DNA of 63,219 nt, filler included, from Octopus bimaculoides (lineage: Eukaryota): the NCBI RefSeq assembly GCF_001194135.2. It is 5 parts of 5 records of this genome, joined end to end, with 100 filler letters (N's around TTAATTAATTAA, not from the genome) between each part and the next. Parts side by side here need not be neighbours in the genome. Positions count along the whole stretch, not along the records: positions 52,204 to 61,710 come from NC_068989.1; positions 61,811 to 63,219 come from NC_068994.1; 3 more parts are not named here. One strand, given 5' to 3'. Shown here in pieces: positions 52,204 to 63,219 of this stretch. A program made the position numbers and the translations under genes. Numbering within the stretch: the stretch's first letter is position 1; each line of letters starts with the position of its first letter. The notes under the pieces were generated by a model, which saw nothing but the letters and a program-made list of their open reading frames with translations, did not search any database and was not told the DNA's origin.

Positions 52204-52512
52204 GGTTTCAGAGGACCTCAGCTCTTCAATGCCCTGCCAAAACATTTGAGAGACATGCAAGACATGGATGCGGAGGTCTTCAAGACAAAACTTGACGCTT
52301 TCCTCTCCAAGATACCAGACGAACCAATGGCTCGTAATGAGACGCAGTTTAGGGCAGCTGTGTCAAATTCTCTTATACACCAGATGTGCCATCAAAACTC
52401 TTGATTGGACCATGTCAGGTGGGGGAGAAGAGCCATGCAAGGAACGTGAAAATCACGGTGGTGCACCAGCATGACCGCAGCCACTTGGCTGAAACACATA
52501 AATAAATAAATA
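52204..52512 (+). mobile_element. 3' end of a CR1/L2-group LINE
   Basis: GFRGPQLFNALPKHLRDM..FKTKLDAFLSKIPDEP..RAAVSNSLIHQ...*, then a 3' UTR ending ggtggtgcaccagcatgaccgcagccacttggctgaaacac(ataa)n. Confidence 0.82.
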
Positions 52513-52525
52513 AATATATATATAT

Positions 52526-52556
<31 letters not shown>

Positions 52557-53089
52557 ATAATGTATGTATGTATATATAATAAATATATATATGTATGCAT
52601 ATACAATATGTATATATAATAAATAATATATGTATGTATGCAGCTATAATATGTATATATAATAAATAATGTATGCATGTATATATAAATAATATATGTA
52701 TGTATAATAATATGTATGTATATATAATATTTTTTTTTTTCGGACAGCAACAACATGAAATACGTAGACAAAAAGTTAAATACATAAACGAGAGAAAGAA
52801 ATGAAAATCGGGACAAGTAAACACAGAGAAAGGACCCTTCATCAGTTGTTGGCTGTCTATCTACTCGTCATTTCAAGCATTCAATGACAATATGAGTCTT
52901 CAAAAACAGTTGCTACCATAAATTCTAAAATAAAATTTAGGATTTATGGAGGGTCAAAGTTGGGAACAATACTTTGTTCACTCAAAATAAATTCTTGCAC
53001 AGGAACTTCTTGGACTCTCAGATCATTTACATGGACTGAGTTCAAGAAGTGGCCTTACTCAGTCACAAATTCTCTTCCACCATATACAC

Positions 53090-53368
53090 CAGTGGTTCCC
53101 AAAGTGAGTGGTGTTACCCCCAAGGGAGTGGTGAAAAGTTCCAAGGAGTGTTGGAAAAAAAAGTGGGGTGATAATGGGGTAACGATTCATGTAAAAACAA
53201 TAAAATAATGGGTTCGTTAGGTTAAGTTTCATTTGTGAAATACATTTGCTTTGAATTTGCTTCAGAAAGAGGTCCATGTTTGTGATGGTGAGTTGGGGTA
53301 GGGGTGCTCGGAATGTGGTGGCCCGGGTGTCAAGGGAGCAGCAGCCCAAAAGAGTTTGAGAACCACTG
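53090..53368 (+). mobile_element. hAT (Charlie-like) MITE
   Basis: Ends cagtggttcccaaa / tttgagaaccactg. Internal homology to about 29480-29747. Confidence 0.85.
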
Positions 53369-53403
<35 letters not shown>

Positions 53404-54294
53404 NNNNNNNNNNNNNNNNNNNNNNNNNNNNNNNNNNNNNNNNNNNNNNNNNNNNNNNNNNNNNNNNNNNNNNNNNNNNNNNNNNNNNNNNNNNNNNNNN
53501 NNNNNNNNNNNNNNNNNNNNNNNNNNNNNNNNNNNNNNNNNNNNNNNNNNNNNNNNNNNNNNNNNNNNNNNNNNNNNNNNNNNNNNNNNNNNNNNNNNNN
53601 NNNNNNNNNNNNNNNNNNNNNNNNNNNNNNNNNNNNNNNNNNNNNNNNNNNNNNNNNNNNNNNNNNNNNNNNNNNNNNNNNNNNNNNNNNNNNNNNNNNN
53701 NNNNNNNNNNNNNNNNNNNNNNNNNNNNNNNNNNNNNNNNNNNNNNNNNNNNNNNNNNNNNNNNNNNNNNNNNNNNNNNNNNNNNNNNNNNNNNNNNNNN
53801 NNNNNNNNNNNNNNNNNNNNNNNNNNNNNNNNNNNNNNNNNNNNNNNNNNNNNNNNNNNNNNNNNNNNNNNNNNNNNNNNNNNNNNNNNNNNNNNNNNNN
53901 NNNNNNNNNNNNNNNNNNNNNNNNNNNNNNNNNNNNNNNNNNNNNNNNNNNNNNNNNNNNNNNNNNNNNNNNNNNNNNNNNNNNNNNNNNNNNNNNNNNN
54001 NNNNNNNNNNNNNNNNNNNNNNNNNNNNNNNNNNNNNNNNNNNNNNNNNNNNNNNNNNNNNNNNNNNNNNNNNNNNNNNNNNNNNNNNNNNNNNNNNNNN
54101 NNNNNNNNNNNNNNNNNNNNNNNNNNNNNNNNNNNNNNNNNNNNNNNNNNNNNNNNNNNNNNNNNNNNNNNNNNNNNNNNNNNNNNNNNNNNNNNNNNNN
54201 NNNNNNNNNNNNNNNNNNNNNNNNNNNNNNNNNNNNNNNNNNNNNNNNNNNNNNNNNNNNNNNNNNNNNNNNNNNNNNNNNNNNNNNNNNNNNN

Positions 54295-54542
54295 CAGGTG
54301 GCACGTAAAAAGCACCTTTTTGAGCGTGGCCGTTGCCAGTACCGTGTGACTGGCCCTCGTGCCGGTGGCATGTAAAAGCACCCACTACACTCTCGGAGTG
54401 GTTGGCGTTAGGAAGGGCATCCAGCTGTAGAAACTCTGCCATATCAGATTGGGGCCTGGTGCAGCCTTCTGGCTTGCCAGTCCTCAGTCAAATCGTCCAA
54501 CCCATGCTAGCATGGAAAGCGGATGTTAAATGATGATGATGA
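54295..54542 (+). mobile_element. SINE-E 3' portion with (GAT)n tail
   Basis: ggttggcgttaggaagggcatccagctgtagaaac...ccatgctagcatggaaagcggatgttaaatgatgatg. Reverse copies at 59930-60190 and 61500-61620. Confidence 0.78.
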
Positions 54543-54861
54543 TATATACACACACACAAACACACACGGCCTTGTGTGTGTGTGTGTGTGTACATACATG
54601 CACACACATGGTTACATGAATACACAGTACTTCCATATAATTTCCCACATATACACACACATAGTTTTCGGTGAGTTTTAATAACATGTTAAAAACCAAT
54701 GGTAGGCAAATTAGTTGCTCCAGTTCTGTGAAGCTACCAGATTTGATGTGTATATAAACAGAATGACTACTTGCTTCTCTGGGACTGGTTAAGTGATGTA
54801 AACACCGCTGATGAGCTCCCAATAAAGGGTAAAAACTGATTAAGGCTATTCCTCATTTTCA

Positions 54862-55119
<258 letters not shown>

Positions 55120-55232
55120 TTACAAATAGCAGAGTGAGCGCCAAGGATTTTCTAAGCATTTCGGCAGATCGTGTCCATCCGATATGGTAGAAACATGGTT
55201 TCTTGATGGTAGAGCAATCTTGCAACAACGTA

Positions 55233-56210
55233 CAGGCACACGTCACCCTACGTCATTAATTGGTTCCAGGAGACACGACTTAAGTCGAACTAACTTGTCT
55301 CTAAGCTAGGCTAGGCCAAATTTACTTGTCTCTAGGCTAAACCGATAACCATTCCCAGTTCTGTACTTAAATCTCATGAACCATCCTTGATTTGCCTTGA
55401 ACTCTACATCTTTCTCATCTGGTTATTTCTTCTTCAGGTCCTCAAACAAAGACAACGATTTCTCGACTAATAGAAGCATTCTGACAATTCAACCTAACAA
55501 TCCAAAGAGAAAGAAGGCTTTCCATTTCTTCAAAGATTTTACCTCTTTTTTTCATCTTTGGGGCTTCAGATTTGACATGTACTAAAATTTTGTCCTTATT
55601 ATGTACAATCGTCGATACAGTTGTCCGACTCATCCCGAAAGATCTTGCAATTGCTACCACTTTTTCACCTTTTTCATGGCGTTTTGTCATAGCCAGTTTA
55701 TCTTCCAGCGTTATAGCATGACGCTTAGCACTTTCACTATGAATTTTCTTAGGAGCCATGGGGGCAAAAAATAAAGTCAGAAATGAATGAGAAATTAGCC
55801 GACAAACAGACGTAAACAAATCTGAATTCAAAGCAATCGCAGGAATCACGAGTAACACTGAACGGTAGATATTGGAACTGCAGTGCAACTTGAGCACCGA
55901 AAGACCGATAAAGAAGACAATACAACAGATTTCATGATTTCGTTCACTAAGCTACACTACTTTATGGTGTCTATCTTAACATTTATTGTACGTATTTTAA
56001 TATGATTTTATATGCTTTTATTCTTATTTATTGCACAATAACATGATTTTATGTGCTTTTAATGGTTTCCTAGTGATTTTTACGATTCCAATATTTGTGG
56101 CAGACAGACGTAAAGTTGAGTAAAATGACTGGACTTGATTTTTATTTTTCCATATATTATTTTTGAAAACCAACGTATCATCGAGAACGACTTAAACCAA
56201 GGTATGCCTG
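55233..56210 (-). mobile_element. Tigger/pogo-family deletion derivative in a PSMC5 intron
   Basis: From ATG 55759: MAPKK...AITLEDKLAMTKRHEKGEKVVAIARSFGMSRTTVSTIVHNKDKI (psq-type HTH)..EMESLLSLWI (CENP-B HTH). No DDE domain. Ends TA|CAGGCAC... and ...ATGCCTG|TA. Confidence 0.85.
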
Positions 56211-57256
56211 TATATCTCTTTAGCATTCAGATTACTCTGTCAAATGCAGTACCTGTTTATTCACATTGGTTTGAATTAATCAGGGATTATCTCACAGCTT
56301 TGAGTTTTCAATGACACGATTGTTGATTTTTTTAGAATGATATTGTAGGGTAGGTGTGAGAGGCTGGATCTGGCCAGTTTCAACATAAAACTGGTAGAAT
56401 TTTTACACCGGATGTGGCTGGTTTAAATACCAAAGGGGTACACATGTTGGAGGGGACCGGAGAGAGAGAGAGAGACAACAAAGGGCTCAGAGGGAAGGAA
56501 ATGACATCATTAGCGCCAACGATGTTGGGCTCCACAGACAAAATGATGCAAGGGGATTAACAAAGGGACACTGTGTGTGTGTGTGTGCGCGTGCATGCGC
56601 TGCAGACCAATGAAACTCTTAACAATTGGGAAAATTAACAAGAGAATGTAAAGGTAACAAAGGTTNNNNNNNNNNNNNNNNNNNNNNNNNNNNNNNNNNN
56701 NNNNNNNNNNNNNNNNNNNNNNNNNNNNNNNNNNNNNNNNNNNNNNNNNNNNNNNNNNNNNNNNNNNNNNNNNNNNNNNNNNNNNNNNNNNNNNNNNNNN
56801 NNNNNNNNNNNNNNNNNNNNNNNNNNNNNNNNNNNNNNNNNNNNNNNNNNNNNNNNNNNNNNNNNNNNNNNNNNNNNNNNNNNNNNNNNNNNNNNNNNNN
56901 NNNNNNNNNNNNNNNNNNNNNNNNNNNNNNNNNNNNNNNNNNNNNNNNNNNNNNNNNNNNNNNNNNNNNNCATAACCATACAATCATCCTATTATCACTA
57001 ATGAGATAACAAGTTCAACATAACAAAACAAATAAAAATATTTAAACGTTGTGATGGTTGTTGTTGATAATGGCTACCTTTATTATTATTATTATTGTTG
57101 TTGTTACAGCTGTCGTTACAATCGCTGTCTTTGTTGTAAAGGTAATCAATAATGTAATTAAGAAAATATAATATCCAGAAAATTGAAAATCAATCTTGCC
57201 AATACGACACTTATTTTATCTTCCGTGTGTGTGCGCGCGCGCGTGCGCGTGCGCGT

Positions 57257-57291
<35 letters not shown>

Positions 57292-57704
57292 AAGGAAATG
57301 CTTTTTACTAGAGAAACCAGAGCTGTATATGTAACAGCAACAATATGAAGTGCCTCCTCCATTCTATGGAGTGTTGTCACTTCATCACTATCGCCACCTG
57401 TCCCCCACCACACACACACCATAAAGTGCTGTCACCTTTCCATCACCATCACTCCTCCAGCCACAGCACACTGTCACCTCTCACCACTACTGCCACTCCT
57501 CCTCCAACCATGAAGTAGAAAAAGGGGTTTCAAGATGGCAACTTCATACATGATATTTGATATTTCAAGAGAGGAGAGTCACCAGTGGAGGAGATCTGTT
57601 CTTCGTCCAGGAGAATTCTGGTCACCCTCCCTCACAACAATAATCTCACCCAAAATGCTTTTTTCTTGCTCATCATCCTTTTGATATTATCATTATAATA
57701 GTCA

Positions 57705-57925
57705 CAGATGCGGCAGTGTGGTTAAGAAGCTTGCTTCCCAACCATGTGGTTTTGGGTTCAATACCCCCAAGTGAAACCCTGGGCAAATGTCTTCTACTAT
57801 AGCTAGACTAATCCCAGGTTCAGTCCCACAGCACACCTTGGGCAAATATCTTTTCCAATAGGCCCTGGGTCAATCTAATCCTTGATGAGTAGATTTGGTG
57901 AAAGAAGCTGAAAGATACCCATACA
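57705..57925 (+). mobile_element. SINE-C head with internal tandem duplication
   Basis: ggttaagaagcttgcttcccaaccatgtggttttgggttcaat, then a repeated ggttca..ccc..ccttgggcaaat segment. Confidence 0.65.
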
Positions 57926-58085
57926 CAGTCATCCAATCTTCCACATGCTGCCATGGGTTGGCTGTTTGGACAGGATCCGATGGATCGGAGAACCAGGTCT
58001 TGCTCCACTGCCTCAGTTTTAGCAACAATAATAACAAGAAGGAGGAGAAATGACCATGAAGTAAACAAATGTTGTACAGACTGAC

Positions 58086-58184
58086 CTCTTCATTGGGTGG
58101 AGGGAATTCAATCTTTCTGTCGATACGTCCAGGACGTAGCAAAGCAGGGTCCAAGATGTCGATTCTGTTGGTAGCCATGATGAC
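58086..58184 (-). CDS. PSMC5: 26S proteasome regulatory subunit 8 (Rpt6/SUG1) internal exon
   Basis: 99 nt, phase 0/0, encodes [33 protein letters not shown] (AAA+ second region of homology). Acceptor tttcag (58185-58187 = CAG on minus), donor GTCAGT. Confidence 0.97.
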
Positions 58185-58380
58185 CTGAAACAGAAAAATA
58201 CAAACTCAACATTGAACATATTTATACAACACATTATACAACACATACACACTCGATACGTAATTTGTATCTATATATTTACAGATCAGACATACATATA
58301 TAGATAGATAGATAGATAGATAGACAGACAGATGGCCATCTGCTCTGCTTCTGTGCCCATATACTTGGGAGGGTTGTGGA

Positions 58381-58415
<35 letters not shown>

Positions 58416-58599
58416 ATACAAAGAATATATATGCATGTATACACACATATATGTACATACTTACATCTACATGTGTATATAGATGCATATCAGGGTACAG
58501 GACGTTAGAACAATGAACTACAGACAACGGAACGAACACATAGGAAAACAGATAGCCACTTGGAATTATTCCTTCATCAGCTATATATATATACTAGCA

Positions 58600-59872
58600 G
58601 AAATACCCGGCTTTGCCCGGGTTAAAGAGAATAATGAAATCTAAAAACGCCGTCTAGACTACGCAACCCTCAACTGTTAGTAGCTACGATACCATATTTC
58701 TACATTAATAACTCTCCAATCCATNNNNNNNNNNNNNNNNNNNNNNNNNNNNNNNNNNNNNNNNNNNNNNNNNNNNNNNNNNNNNNNNNNNNNNNNNNNN
58801 NNNNNNNNNNNNNNNNNNNNNNNNNNNNNNNNNNNNNNNNNNNNNNNNNNNNNNNNNNNNNNNNNNNNNNNNNNNNNNNNNNNNNNNNNNNNNNNNNNNN
58901 NNNNNNNNNNNNNNNNNNNNNNNNNNNNNNNNNNNNNNNNNNNNNNNNNNNNNNNNNNNNNNNNNNNNNNNNNNNNNNNNNNNNNNNNNNNNNNNNNNNN
59001 NNNNNNNNNNNNNNNNNNNNNNNNNNNNNNNNNNNNNNNNNNNNNNNNNNNNNNNNNNNNNNNNNNNNNNNNNNNNNNNNNNNNNNNNNNNNNNNNNNNN
59101 NNNNNNNNNNNNNNNNNNNNNNNNNNNNNNNNNNNNNNNNNNNNNNNNNNNNNNNNNNNNNNNNNNNNNNNNNNNNNNNNNNNNNNNNNNNNNNNNNNNN
59201 NNNNNNNNNNNNNNNNNNNNNNNNNNNNNNNNNNNNNNNNNNNNNNNNNNNNNNNNNNNNNNNNNNNNNNNNNNNNNNNNNNNNNNNNNNNNNNNNNNNN
59301 NNNNNNNNNNNNNNNNNNNNNNNNNNNNNNNNNNNNNNNNNNNNNNNNNNNNNNNNNNNNNNNNNNNNNNNNNNNNNNNNNNNNNNNNNNNNNNNNNNNN
59401 NNNNNNNNNNNNNNNNNNNNNNNNNNNNNNNNNNNNNNNNNNNNNNNNNNNNNNNNNNNNNNNNNNNNNNNNNNNNNNNNNNNNNNNNNNNNNNNNNNNN
59501 NNNNNNNNNNNNNNNNNNNNNNNNNNNNNNNNNNNNNNNNNNNNNNNNNNNNNNNNNNNNNNNNNNNNNNNNNNNNNNNNNNNNNNNNNNNNNNNNNNNN
59601 NNNNNNNNNNNNNNNNNNNNNNNNNNNNNNNNNNNNNNNNNNNNNNNNNNNNNNNNNNNNNNNNNNNNNNNNNNNNNNNNNNNNNNNNNNNNNNNNNNNN
59701 NNNNNNNNNNNNNNNNNNGGCTCGAACTCTGCAAGAAGTTAAAATTTTTTTTGACTAAAACACAACTGGAACCCTAAGTAAGGCATCTGTAAAATTTGAA
59801 TGAAATTGGTTGCGTAGTTCTCGAGTTTTAGGGATTCACACAGACAGACAGACAGACACACATTCTCATTTT

Positions 59873-59890
<18 letters not shown>
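58600..59890 (+). mobile_element. Helentron/HINE-like non-autonomous element spanning a gap
   Basis: 5' atactagcagaaatacccggctttgcccgggtt. 3' aaatttgaatgaaattggttgcgtagttctcgagtttta..(caga)n..cattctcatttttatata. These resemble DINE-1/HINE-type termini. Confidence 0.6.
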
Positions 59891-59908
<18 letters not shown>

Positions 59909-60419
59909 TAGAAACTAAATGTAACATCATTATTATCGTTTAACATCTGCTTTCCATGCTGGCATGGGTTGGACAGTTTGACTGAGGTCTGGAAAGCCAG
60001 TGGCTGCACCAGGCTCCAATCTGATCTGGCAATGTCCCTACAGCTGGATGCCCTTCATGCCAACCACTCCAAGAGTGTAGTGGGTGCATTTTACATGCCA
60101 CCGGCAGAGGAGCCAGTCAGGCGGCCCTGGCAACAGTCACGTTTGGATAGAGCTTTTTACATGCCACCAGCATGGGAGCCAGTCATGGTTCGACTGTACA
60201 AGGTTTGATCAAAAAGTATCAAGATTGATGCTTTTAAAAAAAAACAACAACACCTATCAATTCACCATTTAATCTCCTTAAAATACTCTCCCTCTAAAGC
60301 CACACACTTTATCCAGCATCATCCATTCCTGGATCTCCTTTTTTGGGGATAGTGAATAGCTGCCTTGTTGCGTTCCCATGGATTTTCTCAACATCTTGGA
60401 ATGCTAATTCATACTGGAT

Positions 60420-61160
60420 GGATGTGTGTCCTCATTTTGTTTGTTGTTACCCCATTTTGGCTGATTTACTCTCCAGCCTTCATCAGGTGTCCTGATAGAA
60501 TTTTGAACCCAATCCTGGGTTCTCATTCTTAAGGTATTTGTTGCTGATGTTATTATTTTTATTTATTCAAGGCACTGCTTGGAATAGAACTCGCAATCTT
60601 GGAGTCAGTAGCCCACACTCTTAACCATTATGCTACAGGGTGTCCACAAGGTCTGGCTACATGGAGTAAATAAAATCATAACATAAACAATTAAATATAA
60701 GAAATTATAATTTCTAAAAGTATGTGTTAATCCCTATGTACCCAAACTTTGTGGACACCCTGTATATGCCCATGGGCAATTATAGAGTGAATTTTAGGGC
60801 TTATAAACCTAATATTTTCCTATCCTTCCTTAATACCGGTTCCCATTTTCTACTCATATCTGCACTAGGTCTGCTTAGGAGATTATTGTGTCCTAACATA
60901 TGTGCTGACTCTTTTAGTTTTCATATTTTCCAGTGGTGTTCTCTGTCTATTATTTTAACTTCATCTCACAGGGGAATGTGGTCTCCACTTTTCCATATAT
61001 GATCAGCTATACCCAGGGTTGGATTCAAAAATTCTACCAGGACACCTGATGAATGCTGGAGAGTAAATCAGCCGAAACATTGTGGTAACAATAAACAAGA
61101 TGAGGACATATAACCATCCAATGTAAATAATTCCTCATCTCTAAAATATAGAACATCTTG
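60420..61160. mobile_element. Older PLE copy with inverted pLTRs (60420-61010 minus, 61014-61160 plus)
   Basis: GIY-YIG C-terminal remnant (60770-61010), tRNA cassette and two degenerate hammerheads (about 60450-60491 minus, 61041-61086 plus). Confidence 0.85.
60636..60762. mobile_element. 127-bp Tc1/mariner-type MITE nested in the PLE tRNA cassette
   Basis: TA|cagggtgtccacaaggtctggctacat ... atgtacccaaactttgtggacaccctg|TA. Confidence 0.85.
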
Positions 61161-61440
61161 GAATGTTGTTCCTTCCAAGTGGGATTTCATTTTTGCCTTA
61201 GTTTCGGGGTTATGGCTGTGTACCCATGAGCTGTCACCTGTTATGACCGTTTTCAAGACGTTTATGTCTTACTTGACACAATCAATGAGATGCAGGTATG
61301 TCGTATGAAGTTTGCCTCCCAACCACATGGTTCTGGGTTGTCCCACTGCATGGCACCTTGGACAAGCATCTTGAACTATAGCCCTGGCCCAACAATAATC
61401 TTGAGAGTGGACTTAGTAAACAGAAACTGAAAGAAGCCCA

Positions 61441-61490
<50 letters not shown>

Positions 61491-62519
61491 CTTGTTGACA
61501 TGACATCACTATTCCATGCTTGCATGGGTCAGACAGTTTACTGAAGCAGATTTTCTGCAGCTGGATGCCCTTCCTGTCACTTACCCTCACACGTTCCCAT
61601 CATCATCATCATCATTGTCATTGTAAGATAATATTCCCCCACAATCAGAAAAATATTCTCACAGAATATTGGAAACAAACAACACTGCTTGCATTACAAC
61701 ACTTGCTTACNNNNNNNNNNNNNNNNNNNNNNNNNNNNNNNNNNNNNNNNNNNNTTAATTAATTAANNNNNNNNNNNNNNNNNNNNNNNNNNNNNNNNNN
61801 NNNNNNNNNNTATATATATATATATATATTTATATGATGTATGTATGTATATATAGTTTACTGTTCTGTGATGGTTAGATGATAAATAAAAAGGTTCTCT
61901 ATCTGCTGAGAGATAGATATTATTATTCAATAAATACAATATATATTTTTATGAGCTGCTAATAGTTTCATGTGATAAAAACATCTCAGGCAGTAGTTTT
62001 GGGACGATCATCTTATACACACATACACACACATACACATGCAGTGTTCTAATTGGCCTCAGTGACAGCAGTACCGGCTCTGTTCCTCCGCTGTGACTGG
62101 TCTGAGTGTTTTAACAGCCCCAGGACGGCACGTTTGTTTGTACAGAGGCGAAGCCAGCAATTTACAAGCACAATTGACTCTGGGACTTTATTGATCTCTG
62201 ATTGTCAAGTCACTAAGTTATGGGACTTGTAGGAACAGTAACATAGACTAGATCAGTGGGTCTTTTTGGCTTTTTTTTTTTTTGTATTTACTGTAAGCAT
62301 AAACACGGATACAGAGAGACAGACCAGCAGATTGTCTTACACACACAAGCACAAGCACACACACACACACACACATATATACACACACACATACATACAC
62401 ATACATACACACACACACACACACAAATGGCTTCTGGACAGCTGGGTTAGCAATTTCTATTCGCAAGGAAGTGGTCAGCCTGTGTTTGTTCTGGAAAACA
62501 TCTGCCCAAGATGTCATGT

Positions 62520-62775
62520 AAAAATAAAAAATGCGCCCTTTTAAAACCTAGCCAGGCTCATGGGCCCGGTTTCCTGGTTTCAATGGCTTACGTGTTCCCC
62601 AGCTGGACAGGACACCAGTCCATCGCAGCGCTACTGATTTTTGCCAGCTGAGTGGACTGGAGCAACGTGAAATGAAGTGTTTTGCTCAAGAACTCAACGC
62701 GTCGCCTGATCCAGGAATCGAAACCACAATCTTACGATCATGGTGCTGACACCCTAACGACTAGGCCACACACCT
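62520..62775 (-). mobile_element. SINE-D: tRNA head + V-domain-like core + distinct tail
   Basis: Minus strand gtggcctagtcgttaggg...ggtttcgattcc...ttcatttcacgttgctccagtccactcagctggcaaaa...gcgatggactggtgtcctgtccag. Partial copy at 43345-43480. Confidence 0.75.
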
Positions 62776-63147
62776 CCACAAAGATGTCATGTACTGAGAT
62801 CAAAACCTGCAACTGTGTGATTGCAAATTCAGCTCCTTAACCATCGTACTATGCCTGCACTTTGCACACACGTTATCTATGAATACATACACATACACAT
62901 GTATACACACACTCATATAACAGACGTGTACATACAAATACACACATACGTACACGTTTAATGTTTGAGTTTCTCACATGTACGAACTGTAAAACCCTGC
63001 TGTCCTTCTTATAATTTTCCTCTTATCATCTTCTCGGATGAGTGTTCCGTTCTAAACATTGGATCTTTCATTCCTTACAGCAAATTCAATGTTTCACTGT
63101 ACTCTTCCTGTAGATTTACACACACAAACTCATATACATATACACAG

Positions 63148-63195
<48 letters not shown>

Positions 63196-63219
63196 GTGTA
63201 TATATATATATATATATAT

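Noticed and set aside
58555-58592. Third hammerhead-like motif (minus strand CUGAUGAA-GGAA-uaa-UUCC-AAG)
   Set aside because: Lacks G12 and a valid stem III/NUH. At most a decayed relic. The CTGATGAAGGG at about 52830-52842 also lacks a closing GAAA.

Overview
AT-rich, microsatellite- and gap-rich eukaryotic DNA. The repeat landscape suggests a coleoid cephalopod such as Octopus (inference, no search run). The only host gene I can support is PSMC5/Rpt6 (26S proteasome AAA-ATPase subunit 8): two minus-strand exons with canonical splice sites at 58086-58184 and 54997-55107. Its expected terminal exons are not visible and probably lie in N gaps. The rest is mostly transposon-derived: several tRNA-headed SINE families, a deleted Hsmar1-like mariner, a Tigger/pogo derivative, a Chapaev3-like remnant, hAT and Tc1/mariner MITEs, a Helentron-like element, three LINE remnants and several Penelope-like element (PLE) copies. 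The most interesting signal is the PLE terminal module. It runs GIY-YIG ORF stop -> tRNA-like Pol III cassette (A/B boxes) -> (AAT)n -> minimal hammerhead ribozyme, has no T4 terminator on the sense strand, and recurs in inverted arrangements. A second repeat family carries a hammerhead-like fold with an atypical CUGUNGA core. Four NNN-TTAATTAATTAA-NNN blocks are assembly linkers. Most repeat boundaries are approximate (about +/-10-20 nt).
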